Of a DNA stretch of 64,000 bases, positions 25,988-36,869 are shown piece after piece (position 1 is the first letter of the stretch; each line of letters starts with the position of its first letter). The DNA comes from an uncultured Mollicutes bacterium. Its GTDB lineage: Bacteria; Bacillota_I; Bacilli_A; RFN20; CAG-826. A program made the position numbers and the translations under genes. The notes under the pieces were generated by a model. It saw only the letters and a list, made by a program, of their open reading frames with translations, was not told the origin of the DNA and did no database searches. Location: assembly GCA_900540365.1 (NCBI GenBank), contig UQFN01000003.1, positions 21,139-85,138 of the forward strand, read 5' to 3'.

Positions 25988-27004
25988 ATGAAACTTACAA
26001 GAAAACAAGAAATATTAAAACTTATTGTTGAAGATTTTGTCCAAACTGCAACCCCAGTCGCAAGTAAATATTTGATTGAAAAATATAGCTTGCCATATAG
26101 TAGTGCAACCGTTAGAAACGAGATGGGAATTCTTGAAGCTGAAGGTTATATTGAAAAACCTCATATTAGTAGCGGTAGAGTACCAAGTGCTAAAGGGTAT
26201 AAATACTATATAAAGAACTTACGTGTTACAAAAGTAGACAATACTTTTAAAAATTCTTTGAGTAAAATATTTGAATCTTCAAAATCAATTGAAGAAGTTC
26301 TAAGAGAATCATGTGCTATTTTATGTCATATGACTAATTTAACTAGCATGGTTTTAGGACCTGAAGGTGACAATGAAAGATTAATAAATATTCAATTAGT
26401 TCCTTTAAATGAAACAACATGTACAGTTATTTTTGTTACTGATAGAGGATATGTAGAAAATAAAACCTTTATTATAAGTAAGAAAAATAAGATGAGCGAA
26501 GTCAATAAGTGTTTAAAACTATTAGATGATCGCTTAAAAGGTACTAAAATAAAAGACTTATTAAAAAAATTAGAGTCACTTAAACCAATTTTGGAACAAT
26601 ATTTAATTGATTATAGTAATATTTATAACGCTTTATTGAAAGTATTTACCGAAATGGCAAATAATCGTGTCGATCGAAGTGAAATTATTGGAAAAGAAAA
26701 TTTATTAGTACAACCTGAATTTATGGGTGATGCTTATGAATTAAGAAAATTATTTGGTTTATTCGATGATCCAGTTCGTCTTGAAGAAGTTATTAAAGAT
26801 AACGATGAGGAATTATTAATTAACGAAGATCAAGATAGCTTATCTGGAAAAGTATCAATCGTATCTAAAGAAATAGTTTTCCCAGGAGATGAAGAAAATT
26901 CACGTAAAATCGCTGTTATTGGTCCAAAAAGAATGGATTACAATAAAGTAATTAGTTATCTAGATTATATAGTTAACGAAATTATTAAACATATGAATAA
27001 ATAG
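25988..27004 (+). CDS. hrcA: Heat-inducible transcription repressor HrcA
   Basis: Start moved to MKLTRKQEILKLIVEDF, because the track's GTG start lies inside CIRCE 2. Has a typical HrcA N-terminal wHTH. Confidence 0.9.
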   Translation: MKLTRKQEILKLIVEDFVQTATPVASKYLIEKYSLPYSSATVRNEMGILEAEGYIEKPHISSGRVPSAKGYKYYIKNLRVTKVDNTFKNSLSKIFESSKSIEEVLRESCAILCHMTNLTSMVLGPEGDNERLINIQLVPLNETTCTVIFVTDRGYVENKTFIISKKNKMSEVNKCLKLLDDRLKGTKIKDLLKKLESLKPILEQYLIDYSNIYNALLKVFTEMANNRVDRSEIIGKENLLVQPEFMGDAYELRKLFGLFDDPVRLEEVIKDNDEELLINEDQDSLSGKVSIVSKEIVFPGDEENSRKIAVIGPKRMDYNKVISYLDYIVNEIIKHMNK

Positions 27005-27013
27005 GAGAGGAAA

Positions 27014-27571
27014 ATGGCTGAAGAAAAAGAAGAAATCAAAGTGTCAGTTAAAAAGAAGTTAGCGAAAAAGGATGAAGAAATCGAAAAAGCCCACGCTGAC
27101 ATGGAACATTGGAAAAATGAATATTACCGTGTTTATGCAGATATGGCTAACTTAAGAAAAGATATCGAAAAAGATCATCGTGAAGTAGTTAAATATCGAA
27201 TTGAAGGATTCGTTGATAAATTAATTGGTATACTTGATGCATTCGACATGGCATTCAAGATTGAGCCAAAAACTGACGAAATGAAAAATTATTTGCAAGG
27301 TTTCAAATATGTCTATTCATCATTAATTAATGTATTAGAAGAGGAAGGAATTCAAGTCATCAATCCTCAATTAGATGCTGATTTTGATGAAAATACAATG
27401 CATGCAGTTGAAACAATTGAATGCGATTGTGAACCTAACAAAGTAAAGGAAGTTACTTTAAAAGGATATAAACTTCATGATCACTTAGTTAGACCAGCAA
27501 TGGTTATTGTTTCTAAAAAGAAAGAAGAACCAGTCGAAACAAATGATCAAGAAGAAAAAAACATTGCTTAA
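27014..27571 (+). CDS. grpE: Nucleotide exchange factor GrpE
   Basis: Operon position and GrpE-like coiled-coil plus beta domain (YKLHDHLVRPAMV). Confidence 0.9.
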   Translation: MAEEKEEIKVSVKKKLAKKDEEIEKAHADMEHWKNEYYRVYADMANLRKDIEKDHREVVKYRIEGFVDKLIGILDAFDMAFKIEPKTDEMKNYLQGFKYVYSSLINVLEEEGIQVINPQLDADFDENTMHAVETIECDCEPNKVKEVTLKGYKLHDHLVRPAMVIVSKKKEEPVETNDQEEKNIA

Positions 27572-27576
27572 TTTAA

Positions 27577-29430
<1,854 letters not shown>

Positions 29431-29448
29431 TAAAGTTAAGTAAATATA

Positions 29449-29471
29449 AGGGAAGCTCAAGTGCTTCCCTT
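29449..29471 (+). other. Stem-loop between dnaK and dnaJ (no T-run)
   Basis: AAGGGAAGC-TCAAGT-GCTTCCCTT, followed by AAAATCG. Confidence 0.6.
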
Positions 29472-29493
29472 AAAATCGTTAAGGAGATAAGTT

Positions 29494-30645
29494 ATGGCAA
29501 CAAAAAGAGATTACTATGAAGTTCTTGGAGTTAGCAAAAGTGCAACTCAAGACGAAATAAAAAGTGCTTATCGTAAATTAGCAAAAAAATATCACCCAGA
29601 TAATAAAGAAACTGGAGATGCTGAAAAATTTAAAGAAGCAACTGAAGCCTTTAGTGTTTTAGGTGATGAATCAAAAAGAAAAACTTATGATCAATTTGGC
29701 CAAGCTGCTTTCGATCAAACTACTGGTGGAGCTAATCCATTTAGTGGAAGTGGTTTTGAAGGATTTAACTTCAATGGTGGAAATTTTGATGATTTAAACG
29801 ATATTTTATCTAACTTATTTGGTGGTTTTGGTTTTGGAAGATCTTCATCAAGAAGAAGTTATTCAGGTCCAGTTGAGGGTGATGATTCCTTAATGCGTAT
29901 CAAAATTAAATTTATGGATGCTGTTAATGGAACTCGAATCACAATTCCTCTAAGTTATGAGGAATCTTGTCCTGAATGTAAAGGAACTGGAGCTAAAAAT
30001 GGCACTGCCTTTGATACATGTCCTGATTGTCATGGTTCTGGAAGAATTGTTACTCAACAACGTACTATTTTTGGTGTAATGCAATCTGAATCAGCATGTC
30101 CTAGATGTCGTGGTACTGGAAAAATTATTCATGAATCTTGTCCTAATTGTGGTGGAAAAGGTTATATTAAAGTTAAAAAAGACATCGAAGTTAGTATTCC
30201 AAAAGGCATCAATAATGGTCAAAGAATTCGTGTTCCTGGAAAAGGCCAAAGAGGACTTAATGGTGGACCAAATGGCGATTTATATATAGAAGTAGTTGTT
30301 GCACCTCATGATCAATTTAAACGAGAAAACAATGATATTCATTTAACTGTTCCGATTGATTTTGTTGATGCTTGTCTTGGAACAACAATCGTTGTGCCAA
30401 CAATTTATGGTGATGAAACTTTAGAAATTCCAAGTGGAACTCAACCAAATGCTATTTTAAAAATGCGTAATAAGGGTGTTAAGGATGTTAGAAGTGATCG
30501 TTTTGGTGATCAATTTGTTCATATTGATATTAAAATTCCAACTAAACTTTCAAAAGAACAAAAAACATATTTAATGCAATATCGTAATTGTGAAAAACCT
30601 AACGAAACAATTTATGATAAGTTTAAAAAAGCATTTAAAAAATAA
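29494..30645 (+). CDS. dnaJ: Co-chaperone DnaJ
   Basis: J-domain ([11 protein letters not shown]), G/F region, four CxxCxGxG zinc motifs. Confidence 0.97.
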   Translation: MATKRDYYEVLGVSKSATQDEIKSAYRKLAKKYHPDNKETGDAEKFKEATEAFSVLGDESKRKTYDQFGQAAFDQTTGGANPFSGSGFEGFNFNGGNFDDLNDILSNLFGGFGFGRSSSRRSYSGPVEGDDSLMRIKIKFMDAVNGTRITIPLSYEESCPECKGTGAKNGTAFDTCPDCHGSGRIVTQQRTIFGVMQSESACPRCRGTGKIIHESCPNCGGKGYIKVKKDIEVSIPKGINNGQRIRVPGKGQRGLNGGPNGDLYIEVVVAPHDQFKRENNDIHLTVPIDFVDACLGTTIVVPTIYGDETLEIPSGTQPNAILKMRNKGVKDVRSDRFGDQFVHIDIKIPTKLSKEQKTYLMQYRNCEKPNETIYDKFKKAFKK

Positions 30646-30681
30646 ATTATAAAATATAGAATATTAAAAAAGAGATTTATT

Positions 30682-31131
30682 ATGCCAAAATGTAAATATT
30701 GTCATGGAAATATAACTAAATTTGATAAAGAACAATGTCCACTTTGTGGAGCATTACGACCTCTTGATGAAAATTCTGAAGAAACAAGTGATATTACTCG
30801 TGTAATAGATACTTTAACAGATGAAGAAAAAGAGCATGTATATAAACCACGTTCACATAAAGCTAATAGTTTATTATTAATGTTTTTAGGAATGTTTGGA
30901 GCTGATGCCTTTTACTTAGGCTTCTTTAAATATGGAATTATTCGATTAGTGGTAAATTTAGTTTTATATGGTGTTTTATTTGTGGTTTTATATTTTTTTG
31001 TGTTTACTGCAAATATTTTATTAAGCGCTTTAATTCCTTTTGGTGTTTTATTTGTTATTTACTTTATTTTTGGAATTATTAGCTTTTTTAAAACACCAAT
31101 TAAAGATAGTAACGGAGTATTTTTAAAATAA
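30682..31131 (+). CDS. Zinc-ribbon plus TM2-domain membrane protein
   Basis: CKYCHG...CPLCG, then a TM2-like segment LLLMFLGMFGADAFYLGF. Confidence 0.65.
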   Translation: MPKCKYCHGNITKFDKEQCPLCGALRPLDENSEETSDITRVIDTLTDEEKEHVYKPRSHKANSLLLMFLGMFGADAFYLGFFKYGIIRLVVNLVLYGVLFVVLYFFVFTANILLSALIPFGVLFVIYFIFGIISFFKTPIKDSNGVFLK

Positions 31132-31844
31132 TGCAAAGATACTTTACTAGTTTTAAAGATGAAAAAAATATCACCATTTCAAATGATGATATTTTTCATA
31201 TAGTAAAAGTAATGCGCATGAAAATAAATGATCAATTTGAAATTAATAATGATGGAGATATATATTTAGCTCAAATTAATTCTTTAGCTCCATTTTCTTT
31301 TAAAATTCTTAAAAAAATAGATGAAAATCACGAATTAAAAACGAAAATTACCCTATTATATTGTTTACCTAAAGGCGACAAAATTGACTTAGTTCTTCAA
31401 AAAGCAACTGAATTAGGTGTTAATCAAATTGTTTTAGTAAATTCTTCACGATGTATTGCAAAAATTAATGATGAAAATAAAGAGAAGAAATTAGCTCGAT
31501 TTAATAAAATTATTAAAGAAGCAACTGAACAATGTAAAAGAAACAATTTACCGGCTTTAAAAGATGTAATTAAATTTAATGAAATAAGTAATTATCAAAG
31601 TGATTTAAATTTAATAGCTTACGAAAATTCAAAGATGAGTAATCAAGAATTAAAAGATATTTTAAGAAATTTTAAAGGTAATATAGTTACTATTTTAATC
31701 GGAGCAGAAGGTGGATTTTCAAAAGAAGAAGTCGAATACGCCTTAAAAAATAATTTTATTTCTATTTCATTAGGTAATAGAATATTAAGAAGCGAAACAA
31801 GCGTATTTAATTTATTGAGTATTTTAGGATATGAATTAGAGTAA
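31131..31844 (+). CDS. rsmE: 16S rRNA (uracil1498-N3)-methyltransferase RsmE
   Basis: MQRYF N-terminus, IGAEGGFSKEE motif, synteny with mtaB. Confidence 0.85.
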   Translation: MQRYFTSFKDEKNITISNDDIFHIVKVMRMKINDQFEINNDGDIYLAQINSLAPFSFKILKKIDENHELKTKITLLYCLPKGDKIDLVLQKATELGVNQIVLVNSSRCIAKINDENKEKKLARFNKIIKEATEQCKRNNLPALKDVIKFNEISNYQSDLNLIAYENSKMSNQELKDILRNFKGNIVTILIGAEGGFSKEEVEYALKNNFISISLGNRILRSETSVFNLLSILGYELE

Positions 31845-31846
31845 TT

Positions 31847-32233
31847 ATGAAATCAGCGTTAGAAGTTTTAAGAAAATATCGTAATAAAAATAGTAATTTA
31901 ATAGATGATTATTATAAAAAGAAGAAACTCGGAATTAAAATTGAAAACTATTCCTCTTTATTTTATGTAATGGAAGATGAGACCTCAAAAGCTTATTTAA
32001 ATCCACATCTCCATTTAGTTGTAATTATTAATAATGATGGATATATTGATAATTTAATTTATTTATATGATCGAAAAATCAAATTTTATGATAGCGTAGA
32101 AATAAATGATAAACTAAAAATTGTACTTAATAATTACTATTTTTCTACTAAATACAACTTTATTGAGAGTTTGTATGAAAATGGGTTCATAAGTTATTTT
32201 TTATTTACTAAGTTAAAAAAAGAGTGTTTGTAA
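31847..32233 (+). CDS. Hypothetical protein (128 aa)
   Basis: Tightly packed between rsmE and mtaB. No recognisable motif. Confidence 0.5.
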   Translation: MKSALEVLRKYRNKNSNLIDDYYKKKKLGIKIENYSSLFYVMEDETSKAYLNPHLHLVVIINNDGYIDNLIYLYDRKIKFYDSVEINDKLKIVLNNYYFSTKYNFIESLYENGFISYFLFTKLKKECL

Positions 32234-32234
32234 G

Positions 32235-33515
32235 ATGAAATTTTTTATAGATTTTTTAGGTTGCAAGGTTAATAGTTATGAGATTGAAGCTGTTGCTTTT
32301 GATTTAAAATCGCATGGCTATCAAGAAGTTACTTTAGATGATAATCCAGATGTTATTATTTTTAATACATGCGCAGTAACTGAAACTAGTAGTGCTAAAT
32401 CTAGAAAATTAATTAAAAGATATAAAAAGAACTATCCTGAAGCAATTTTAGTTGTTATGGGGTGTTATTCCCAATATGACTATGATTATATTTTTAAAGA
32501 ACTAAAGGTAGAAATAGTACTTGGAACATCAAATCGCGATAAAATATATGAATTAATCGAAAAATATTTGAAAAATAAAAAAAGTATTTGTTTGCATGAT
32601 GACTTTAAAGCTATAAGAAAATATGAACCTTTAAACTTAAATAAATATTTTGAAAAAACAAGAGCTTATGTAAAAATACAAGACGGATGCGATAATTTTT
32701 GTACTTATTGTTTAATTCCTTATGTTAGAGGTAGATCTAGAAGTAGAAATAAACAAGATATTTTAAATGAAATTTCAACTTTAATTAAAAACGGTTATAA
32801 AGAAATTGTTATTACTGGAATAGATTTAGGAAGCTATGGTAAAGATTTAAAAACTGGAGATACATTTTCAACTTTATTAAAAGAAATTCTTGAAAATAAT
32901 CCAGATTTATATCGTATAAGAATATCTTCCATTGAAGAAAGTCAAATTGATGATTTGTTTTTAAAATTATTACAAAAACATAAAAATATTGCTAATCATC
33001 TTCATATTCCTTTACAAAGTGGATCTTCAACGATTTTAAAAAAGATGAATCGAAAGTATAATTTGAATGATTTTGTTTCAAAAATTAAAAAAATACGTGA
33101 AATTAGACCTGATATTTCTTTAACAACTGATGTTATCATTGGCTTTCCTGGAGAAGGTGAAGATGAATTTTTAGAAACTTATAATTTCATTAAAAAGATT
33201 AAGTTTTCAAAGGTACATGTTTTTCCTTATAGTGACCGCATAGGAACAATTGCATCTAAACTTGATGGAAAAGTCGATATAATCGATAAAAAAATTCGTG
33301 TTTTAAAATTAATTAATTTGTCAAATCAATTAAAAAAAGCTTATGAAAAGAAATTTTATAATCAAGAAATAGAATTTTTATTTGAATCTTATAATCCAAA
33401 ATTAGATGGATATGTTGGTCATTCTTCGAATTATTTAGAATGCGTATATCATAGCGATGAAAATTTAAAAGATCAAATTAGAGTTGTTGAATACACAAAA
33501 GAAAATTCTCTTTAA
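32235..33515 (+). CDS. mtaB: tRNA t6A37 methylthiotransferase MtaB
   Basis: MiaB-like N-terminus (GCKVNSYE), radical SAM CDNFCTYC, YqeV synteny. Confidence 0.85.
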   Translation: MKFFIDFLGCKVNSYEIEAVAFDLKSHGYQEVTLDDNPDVIIFNTCAVTETSSAKSRKLIKRYKKNYPEAILVVMGCYSQYDYDYIFKELKVEIVLGTSNRDKIYELIEKYLKNKKSICLHDDFKAIRKYEPLNLNKYFEKTRAYVKIQDGCDNFCTYCLIPYVRGRSRSRNKQDILNEISTLIKNGYKEIVITGIDLGSYGKDLKTGDTFSTLLKEILENNPDLYRIRISSIEESQIDDLFLKLLQKHKNIANHLHIPLQSGSSTILKKMNRKYNLNDFVSKIKKIREIRPDISLTTDVIIGFPGEGEDEFLETYNFIKKIKFSKVHVFPYSDRIGTIASKLDGKVDIIDKKIRVLKLINLSNQLKKAYEKKFYNQEIEFLFESYNPKLDGYVGHSSNYLECVYHSDENLKDQIRVVEYTKENSL

Positions 33516-33517
33516 TA

Positions 33518-33534
33518 TTTTGACATTGTCAAAA
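33518..33534. promoter_or_regulatory. 17-bp perfect palindrome TTTTGACA-T-TGTCAAAA
   Basis: Read directly. Lies between the mtaB stop and the rpmF promoter. Confidence 0.5.
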
Positions 33535-33542
33535 AAAATATC

Positions 33543-33570
33543 TTGAAACTTCAAATTATATTTATATAAT
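33543..33570 (+). promoter_or_regulatory. rpmF sigma-A promoter
   Basis: TTGAAA-16nt-TATAAT. Confidence 0.6.
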
Positions 33571-33597
33571 TATTGATGTTTAAGGAGATTATAAGTT

Positions 33598-33789
33598 ATG
33601 GCAGTACCTTTTAGAAGAACAAGCAAAACTACTAAAAGAATGAGAAGATCACATTATAAATTAGAAGTAAGTGGAGTTACTACTTGCCCTAATTGTGGAG
33701 CATTAATTAAACAACATACTGTTTGTCCAAAATGTGGTTTCTATGATGGAAAACAAGTAGTTAAAGGAACAAATAAGACAACTAAATAA
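33598..33789 (+). CDS. rpmF: 50S ribosomal protein L32 (Zn-ribbon form)
   Basis: [24 protein letters not shown]...CPKCG. Confidence 0.95.
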   Translation: MAVPFRRTSKTTKRMRRSHYKLEVSGVTTCPNCGALIKQHTVCPKCGFYDGKQVVKGTNKTTK

Positions 33790-33817
33790 AAGGGCATTTT
33801 GGCCTTTTTATTTTTTT
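33788..33817 (+). terminator. Intrinsic terminator after rpmF
   Basis: AAAAGGGC-ATTTTG-GCCTTTTT stem (one G-U pair), then a T-run. Confidence 0.7.
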
Positions 33818-33828
33818 AGGAGAAAAAT

Positions 33829-34464
33829 ATGGAGTATAACAAATTAATTGATAATACTAATTTAAAACCAGATGCATTAGATAGTGATATTATCGCTTTA
33901 TGTGAAGAATCAAAAAAATATCATTTTATGTCTGTTTGTATTAATCCAGCATTTATTAAACTTGCTAAAAAATGTTTAGCTGGAAGTGATGTTTTAGTTT
34001 GTACTGTTATTGGTTTTCCTTTAGGAAGTATGACAACTGAAGCAAAAGTTTTTGAAGCTACTGATGCTTTAAATAAAGGCGCAGATGAAGTTGACATGGT
34101 CATTAATATTTCAAGATTAAAAGCTCATGACGATGAATATGTTTTAAATGAAATTCGTGAGATTAAAAAAGCTTGTGGAGATCACACTTTAAAAGTAATT
34201 ATCGAAACATGTTTATTAACTGATGAAGAAAAAGTACGTGCATGTCAATTAGCAAGCAAAGCTGGAGCTAATTTTGTTAAAACTAGCACTGGATTTTCTA
34301 AATGGGGTGCTAAAGTTGAAGATGTTAAATTGATGCGTGAAACTGTTGGAGATAAACTTGGAGTTAAAGCTAGCGGTGGAGTTAGGACTCACGAAGAAAT
34401 GCTTGCAATGGTTGAAGCTGGTGCTAATAGAATCGGTACTAGTAGTGGCGCAAAATTAATGTAA
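33829..34464 (+). CDS. deoC: Deoxyribose-phosphate aldolase
   Basis: VCTVIGFPLG, VKTSTGF, VKASGGVR motifs. Confidence 0.92.
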   Translation: MEYNKLIDNTNLKPDALDSDIIALCEESKKYHFMSVCINPAFIKLAKKCLAGSDVLVCTVIGFPLGSMTTEAKVFEATDALNKGADEVDMVINISRLKAHDDEYVLNEIREIKKACGDHTLKVIIETCLLTDEEKVRACQLASKAGANFVKTSTGFSKWGAKVEDVKLMRETVGDKLGVKASGGVRTHEEMLAMVEAGANRIGTSSGAKLM

Positions 34465-34535
34465 ATTTATAGTTGAATTTTATTTATTAATTTTGATAAA
34501 ATATGAGCGTTGTCGACGATTGGAGGTGAGAAAAG

Positions 34536-34709
34536 ATGCCAAAAATAGTAATTAGAGAAGGTGAATCACTTGATGAAGGCGTAAGAAGATTTAAACGTCA
34601 AGTTAATAAAGCCGGAATTATCCAAGAATGTCGTAAAAGAGAATTCTATTTAAAGAAAAATTTAAAAAGAAAATTAAAATCAGAAAACGCTAGAAAAAAA
34701 TATAGATAA
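34536..34709 (+). CDS. rpsU: 30S ribosomal protein S21 (below the ORF-track size cutoff)
   Basis: Translated by eye: [69 protein letters not shown]. Confidence 0.9.
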   Translation: MPKIVIREGESLDEGVRRFKRQVNKAGIIQECRKREFYLKKNLKRKLKSENARKKYR

Positions 34710-34720
34710 TTCAAAAAATT

Positions 34721-34750
34721 AAATAACGATGAAAAATCGTTATTTTTTTT
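34721..34750 (+). terminator. Intrinsic terminator after rpsU
   Basis: AATAACGAT-GAAAA-ATCGTTATT followed by T8. Confidence 0.85.
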
Positions 34751-34770
34751 GCTTAAACTTCCTATTTGCA

Positions 34771-34783
34771 CGCGACTTGTATA
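34771..34783 (+). promoter_or_regulatory. Partial copy (downstream half) of the comEA-type motif
   Basis: CGCGACTTGTATA-TAGGAGGTATTTTATG compared with AGCGTCTTGTATA-TGAGGAGGTATTATATG at comEA. No C6 block upstream. Confidence 0.4.
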
Positions 34784-34796
34784 TAGGAGGTATTTT

Positions 34797-35993
34797 ATGA
34801 GCTATTTTATAAAACAACTAGGTGATAAAGATTGTGGTTTTACTTGTGTAAAAATGCTTTTAAGTATTTATTACCATAATAAGGACTATTTATATTATCC
34901 GCTTCCAAATATTGAATCACGAAGTTCTTTAAGGGAATTAATGCATTTTGCTAAAAAAGAGGAAATGATTTTAGCCGCTTCAAGAGTAGTTGAAAAAGAA
35001 GAGATTTTAAAATTTAAATCTAAAAAATCATTTTTAGCACCGATTAATAAAGAAAATAATTTACATATGGTATTAATTCGTAAAGTTTTTAAAAGAAAAT
35101 TATTAATTTATGACCCATCGATTGGAATTTATTTTTTAAGTAAAAAAGAATTTTTGAAAATATGGAATGGCGAAATTCTTGAAGTAAGTAAAATTGGGAT
35201 TAGTAATTTTAAAACAAAAAAGATTAAAATTATTCCTAAATACAAATTAATTACAACCTTAATATTTCAAATTTTTAGCTTTATGTGCTTAGTTTTAGCA
35301 ATGTTATTTGTTGATAAAAACTTTAATTTTTTAATTCCTTTGTTTTTATTTTTAGGATATATTCTTTTTGAAATTTTATATCAAAAAACAATTATTAATT
35401 CTTTAAAGTTTTTCGATAATGAGATTTTAGCTAATGATTATGTTTATAAACGAATTAATTTTCAAAAATATTTTGAACCGATGAATCGTTTTAAATATTC
35501 GATAATATCTTATCCAATTCAAATAATTTCTTGTTTATTAATATTAAGTTTCGGAATATTTGTGTTAGCTATTAATAATTTAGGAAATTTAATAATATTA
35601 GGAATTACATTTGTTTTACAAATTGCCTTTTTTTTATTTGAAAAATTTAAGTTTAGAAGAAAACTTAATTATTTAGAAGTTCTAGAAAAACGTTTAACTA
35701 ATTATTCAAATGAAAATGCCGATGATTTTAAGATAAATATGACTAAACTAAATGAAGAAACATATAAATGTGTTAGTTATTATAACTTTAAGAAGTATCT
35801 ATTAATTTTTGTTACTATTATTTTATGTTTAATTTATCAAGGGTTCGTTGGTGAAATAAGCTTAAATTTTATGTTATTTCACTTTTTTATATATATTTAT
35901 TTACAAGAAAATTTCGACAAAATTCTTAATGTGAATAAAATTATTAACGATATAAAGTATTATAAATGTCTTTATTTATATTATTTTCATTAA
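34797..35993 (+). CDS. Peptidase C39 domain plus six-TM domain protein lacking an ABC ATPase domain
   Basis: Start moved to MSYFIKQLGDKDCGFTCVKML (Q-x5-C). His in NLHMVLI and Asp in IYDPSIG complete the C39 triad. About six TM segments follow. ybeY comes next, so there is no NBD. Confidence 0.65.
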   Translation: MSYFIKQLGDKDCGFTCVKMLLSIYYHNKDYLYYPLPNIESRSSLRELMHFAKKEEMILAASRVVEKEEILKFKSKKSFLAPINKENNLHMVLIRKVFKRKLLIYDPSIGIYFLSKKEFLKIWNGEILEVSKIGISNFKTKKIKIIPKYKLITTLIFQIFSFMCLVLAMLFVDKNFNFLIPLFLFLGYILFEILYQKTIINSLKFFDNEILANDYVYKRINFQKYFEPMNRFKYSIISYPIQIISCLLILSFGIFVLAINNLGNLIILGITFVLQIAFFLFEKFKFRRKLNYLEVLEKRLTNYSNENADDFKINMTKLNEETYKCVSYYNFKKYLLIFVTIILCLIYQGFVGEISLNFMLFHFFIYIYLQENFDKILNVNKIINDIKYYKCLYLYYFH

Positions 35994-36019
35994 GATGTAA
36001 AAAATGCTAAAATATTTGC

Positions 36020-36475
36020 ATGAATTTAGAAATTAATGATGAATATGGTTTAGCTGATTTAGATAAATTTAATGATATTTATTTAGATTTATTTAAAAAA
36101 ACTTTAGAGATTACAAAATTTAATGACAATGTTCAAATGTCTGTAACTTTTGTTAATAAAGAATTTATTCATCAATTAAATAAAAATTATCGCAATATTG
36201 ATAGACCAACAGATGTTATTTCTTTTGCTTATTTAGATGATAAAAACGAGCATAATATAAAAAGTCCTTATCCAATTGATTTAGGTGAAATTTATATTTG
36301 TATTGATGTAGCAAAAGAAAATGCTTTACAATATAAAAATTCATTAAACCGTGAACTTTCTTTTTTGTTTGTTCATGGTTTATTACATTTGTTAGGTTAT
36401 GATCATATGAAACAAGAAGATGAAGAAGTAATGTTTCATTTACAAGATATAATTTTAGGAGATAAAAATGAATAA
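36020..36475 (+). CDS. ybeY: Endoribonuclease YbeY
   Basis: HGLLHLLGYDH metal-binding motif. Confidence 0.92.
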   Translation: MNLEINDEYGLADLDKFNDIYLDLFKKTLEITKFNDNVQMSVTFVNKEFIHQLNKNYRNIDRPTDVISFAYLDDKNEHNIKSPYPIDLGEIYICIDVAKENALQYKNSLNRELSFLFVHGLLHLLGYDHMKQEDEEVMFHLQDIILGDKNE

Positions 36476-36869
36476 AGAAGAACTTATTGCATTAGCAAAA
36501 GAAGAAACTAAAAGAAGTTACTCACCATACTCTCATTTTGCAGTAGGTGCTGCCCTTTTAACAAAAGATAATAAAGTATTTTTAGGAACAAATATTGAAA
36601 ATGCCGCTTTTGGTCTTTCAATGTGTGCCGAACGTAATGCTATTTTTAATGCTTATGTAAATGGTGTAAAAAAAGATGAAATAGTAGCATTAGCTATAAT
36701 TGCTGATACTGAAGATCCTGTTTCACCTTGTGGAAGTTGTAGACAAGTTTTAAGTGAATTATTCCCAAAAAATGGGAAAATTTATTTAGCAAATTTTAAA
36801 GGTGATATTAAAGAAACTAATATCGTTGAACTTTTACCATATAGTTTTTCTAAGGATGATTTAAATTAA
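36468..36869 (+). CDS. cdd: Cytidine deaminase
   Basis: CAERNAIF ... PCGSCRQVL zinc motifs. Confidence 0.92.
   Translation: MNKEELIALAKEETKRSYSPYSHFAVGAALLTKDNKVFLGTNIENAAFGLSMCAERNAIFNAYVNGVKKDEIVALAIIADTEDPVSPCGSCRQVLSELFPKNGKIYLANFKGDIKETNIVELLPYSFSKDDLN

Noticed and set aside
29449-29471. Hairpin after dnaK as an intrinsic terminator
   Set aside because: The 9-bp stem is followed by AAAATCG rather than a T-run, and dnaJ follows within 23 nt. It is more likely a partial attenuator, processing element or stabilising element, so it is listed only as a stem-loop.
35994-36019. Hidden ATPase-domain remnant or frameshifted continuation of the C39/TM gene
   Set aside because: Only 26 nt separate its stop from the ybeY ATG, and they contain a TGcTAAAAT -10-like element. 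No Walker or ABC signature appears in any frame downstream, so the NBD is genuinely absent from this locus.
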